A stretch of 24,000 nt of DNA from Desulfosporosinus orientis DSM 765 (GTDB lineage Bacteria > Bacillota > Desulfitobacteriia > Desulfitobacteriales > Desulfitobacteriaceae), in the NCBI RefSeq assembly GCF_000235605.1, contig NC_016584.1, forward strand, positions 4,937,151-4,961,150. Reading direction: 5' to 3'. A model generated the notes under the pieces. It saw only the letters and a list, made by a program, of their open reading frames with translations, was not told the DNA's origin and did not search any database. The position numbers were made by a program, and so were the translations under genes. Every line of letters starts with the position of its first letter. Within the stretch, counting starts at the first letter, position 1. Of this stretch, positions 22,395 to 24,000 are shown one piece after another.

Positions 22395-23879
22395 ATGAAA
22401 ACTAAAACAAATCGCGTAAAAATCGCAACACTTGTTATGTCAATGTCTTTTCTATTAAGCACATTCAATTTACCAGCATTTGCGGCCAACATACAGCAGC
22501 CCACACATTATGAAAAAAGCTACACAATCGTCAGTCCTTATAAGGATGTAGACTGGAAAAATTACGGTCAATACAAAGCTGATTTCCATGCGCACTCAAC
22601 AAACTCCGATGGCGGTAATTTTACAAAAGATATGGTCGAAGACCACTACAAAAAAGGCTATGACATTCTTGCCATGACAGATCACAATTATCTCACAAAA
22701 AGTTGGGATACTGTTGCAAAAGGTGCGATTGATTCCGCGAGAGAGGCTGCAATCGTTAAGGGAGATGACCGCAGCGGCAAAGGTATGATTGATATTTACA
22801 ATACTGATGAGCAGTCGAAAACTGATCATATCAATTCTTTCTTTGCAGATTTCAATAACAGCACTGGTGCTACCATGGCAAGCACGATTGAAACCGTTGA
22901 AAAATTGGGTGGGATCACTCATATTAACCATCCGGGCAGATATACCGGCGGTGCGTCAGGCGGCGATGCTGGATTGGCTGCTTCAAACAATCCTACTACA
23001 ATTCAAAAGTATGTTGATCTTTTCACTAAGTACCCTTCCTGCATTGGAATGGAAATCATCAACAAGATCGATAACGAGTCCAGAAGCGACAGAATCCTTT
23101 GGGACAATATTCTGAAAGATATGATGCCCAATGGCCGCTTTGTCTGGGGTTTCTCAAACGATGATACACACAGCATTAACGCCACCGGGTATTCTTGGAA
23201 TGTAATGCTCATGCCTTCGCTTTCTCAAGATGCAACCAGAACAGCTATGGAAACCGGCGCATTTTATGCGGTGAGCCGTGTCTCCCGTCGTGACAACATC
23301 AATGCAAAATTGCCTAATGGCAATGACATGCCCGGCAGTGGTACACCCGATACTTTATATTTGCTCAATCAGACTAGTCCCAGCATCTCGAATATCGTTG
23401 TGAATCAGAAGGATAATTCGATAACGATTACCGGACAGGATTACAATACCATTGAGTGGGTCGCAGATGGCGATGTAATCGCAACCGGCACAACACTTGA
23501 TCTGAACGATCATGAGAATGAGATTAACACTTATGTACGCGCACAGCTAAAAAGCAGCACCGGTATCGCTTTCACTCAGCCTTTCGGCGTTAAAGAAAAT
23601 AAGTCTGCCGCCATTTCTATCACAAGCATTGATAACGGCAACAATCAGGCAAATGTGAATTTTGATATCCATTCCGCCAACGGCAAGGGATACGTTGTGT
23701 GTCTCTCTGATAGCGGAAATGAGGGAACCTATGCCCCGTACAGCGATGTGAACTACGATTCCAAGGGAGCGCACATCAAAGGTTTAGAAAACAAGAAATA
23801 TTACGCATACGTTATGTACGTGAATGGTAACACTATTGCCGAGAAAAGTGAACCAGTATTGTTAAATCCCGGAAAATAA
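22395..23879 (+). CDS. secreted PHP-domain (polymerase/histidinol-phosphatase family) metal-dependent phosphoesterase with a C-terminal beta-rich domain
   Basis: Start placed at the ATG at 22395 (AGGAGG 6 nt upstream). Signal peptide MKTKTNRVKIATLVMSMSFLLSTFNLPAFA|AN. PHP motifs DFHAHSTNSDG, ILAMTDHN, THINHPGR and FSNDDTH. The ~150-aa C-terminal region looks Ig/FN3-like. Confidence 0.85.
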   Translation: MKTKTNRVKIATLVMSMSFLLSTFNLPAFAANIQQPTHYEKSYTIVSPYKDVDWKNYGQYKADFHAHSTNSDGGNFTKDMVEDHYKKGYDILAMTDHNYLTKSWDTVAKGAIDSAREAAIVKGDDRSGKGMIDIYNTDEQSKTDHINSFFADFNNSTGATMASTIETVEKLGGITHINHPGRYTGGASGGDAGLAASNNPTTIQKYVDLFTKYPSCIGMEIINKIDNESRSDRILWDNILKDMMPNGRFVWGFSNDDTHSINATGYSWNVMLMPSLSQDATRTAMETGAFYAVSRVSRRDNINAKLPNGNDMPGSGTPDTLYLLNQTSPSISNIVVNQKDNSITITGQDYNTIEWVADGDVIATGTTLDLNDHENEINTYVRAQLKSSTGIAFTQPFGVKENKSAAISITSIDNGNNQANVNFDIHSANGKGYVVCLSDSGNEGTYAPYSDVNYDSKGAHIKGLENKKYYAYVMYVNGNTIAEKSEPVLLNPGK

Positions 23880-23947
23880 TACGTATATATTCTAAATTCA
23901 CTTAACAATTGAAAAGCTATGCATTTATGTGGGGTTTGAGACAACAT

Positions 23948-23991
23948 GAACCAGGGGATAATAAATATGACTTATCCCTTGGTTCTTATTT
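23948..23991 (+). terminator. candidate terminator downstream of the PHP-protein gene
   Basis: 14-bp stem GAACCAGGGGATAA (23948..23961) / TTATCCCTTGGTTC (23972..23985) with one G-T pair, followed by TTATTT. It lies 69 nt after the stop. Confidence 0.45.
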
Positions 23992-24000
23992 CAGGGAACA

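Noticed and set aside
1926-23774. All other short ORFs in the six-frame track that lie antisense or out of frame inside the large CDSs (e.g. 2083..2424, 3572..3874, 5557..5895, 7667..8086, 14620..14946, 15436..15744, 16888..17196, 19950..20216, 22596..22931)
   Set aside because: Each is fully embedded in a longer ORF with strong family motifs. All lack RBSs, and their skewed compositions are typical of shadow ORFs.
1-24000. Search for CRISPR arrays, tandem or long direct repeats, IS/transposase, integrase, toxin-antitoxin or known defence genes, tRNA/rRNA
   Set aside because: None seen by eye. Every ORF over 100 aa is accounted for by the CDSs listed. Intergenic regions are short and contain only promoters, terminators and the dyads reported.

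Overview
24-kb chromosomal window that looks like a Gram-positive anaerobe (Firmicutes/Clostridia, possibly Peptococcaceae-like). The taxon is inferred only from gene content, strong GGAGG-type ribosome-binding sites and Bacillus-like 'ylo' synteny. I support 22 CDSs and found no rRNA, tRNA, CRISPR, transposase or phage genes. Layout: two uncharacterised membrane proteins sit at the left edge. A minus-strand housekeeping operon yicC-remA-gmk-rpoZ-coaBC-metK spans 1.7-6.1 kb. dapF, a YloB-like Ca2+ P-type ATPase and divergent rqcH span 13.4-19.1 kb. An orphan LeuC/LeuD-type dehydratase pair with a divergent LysR regulator spans 19.3-22.0 kb, followed by a secreted PHP-domain protein at 22.4-23.9 kb. 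The most interesting region is 6.3-13.3 kb. There a sensor kinase / NtrC-type sigma-54 activator pair is flanked on both sides by outward-facing, nearly identical -24/-12 promoters. One promoter drives a translationally coupled operon: a small 2-TM protein, a TauE/SafE permease and a TIGR02186/PF09608-like exported protein. The other drives two paralogous stand-alone CBS-pair proteins. This seven-gene module, together with dapF, interrupts the yloB-yloC adjacency known from Bacillus subtilis, and its effector proteins have no defined joint function. All family assignments come from motif recognition by eye and need HMM or BLAST confirmation.
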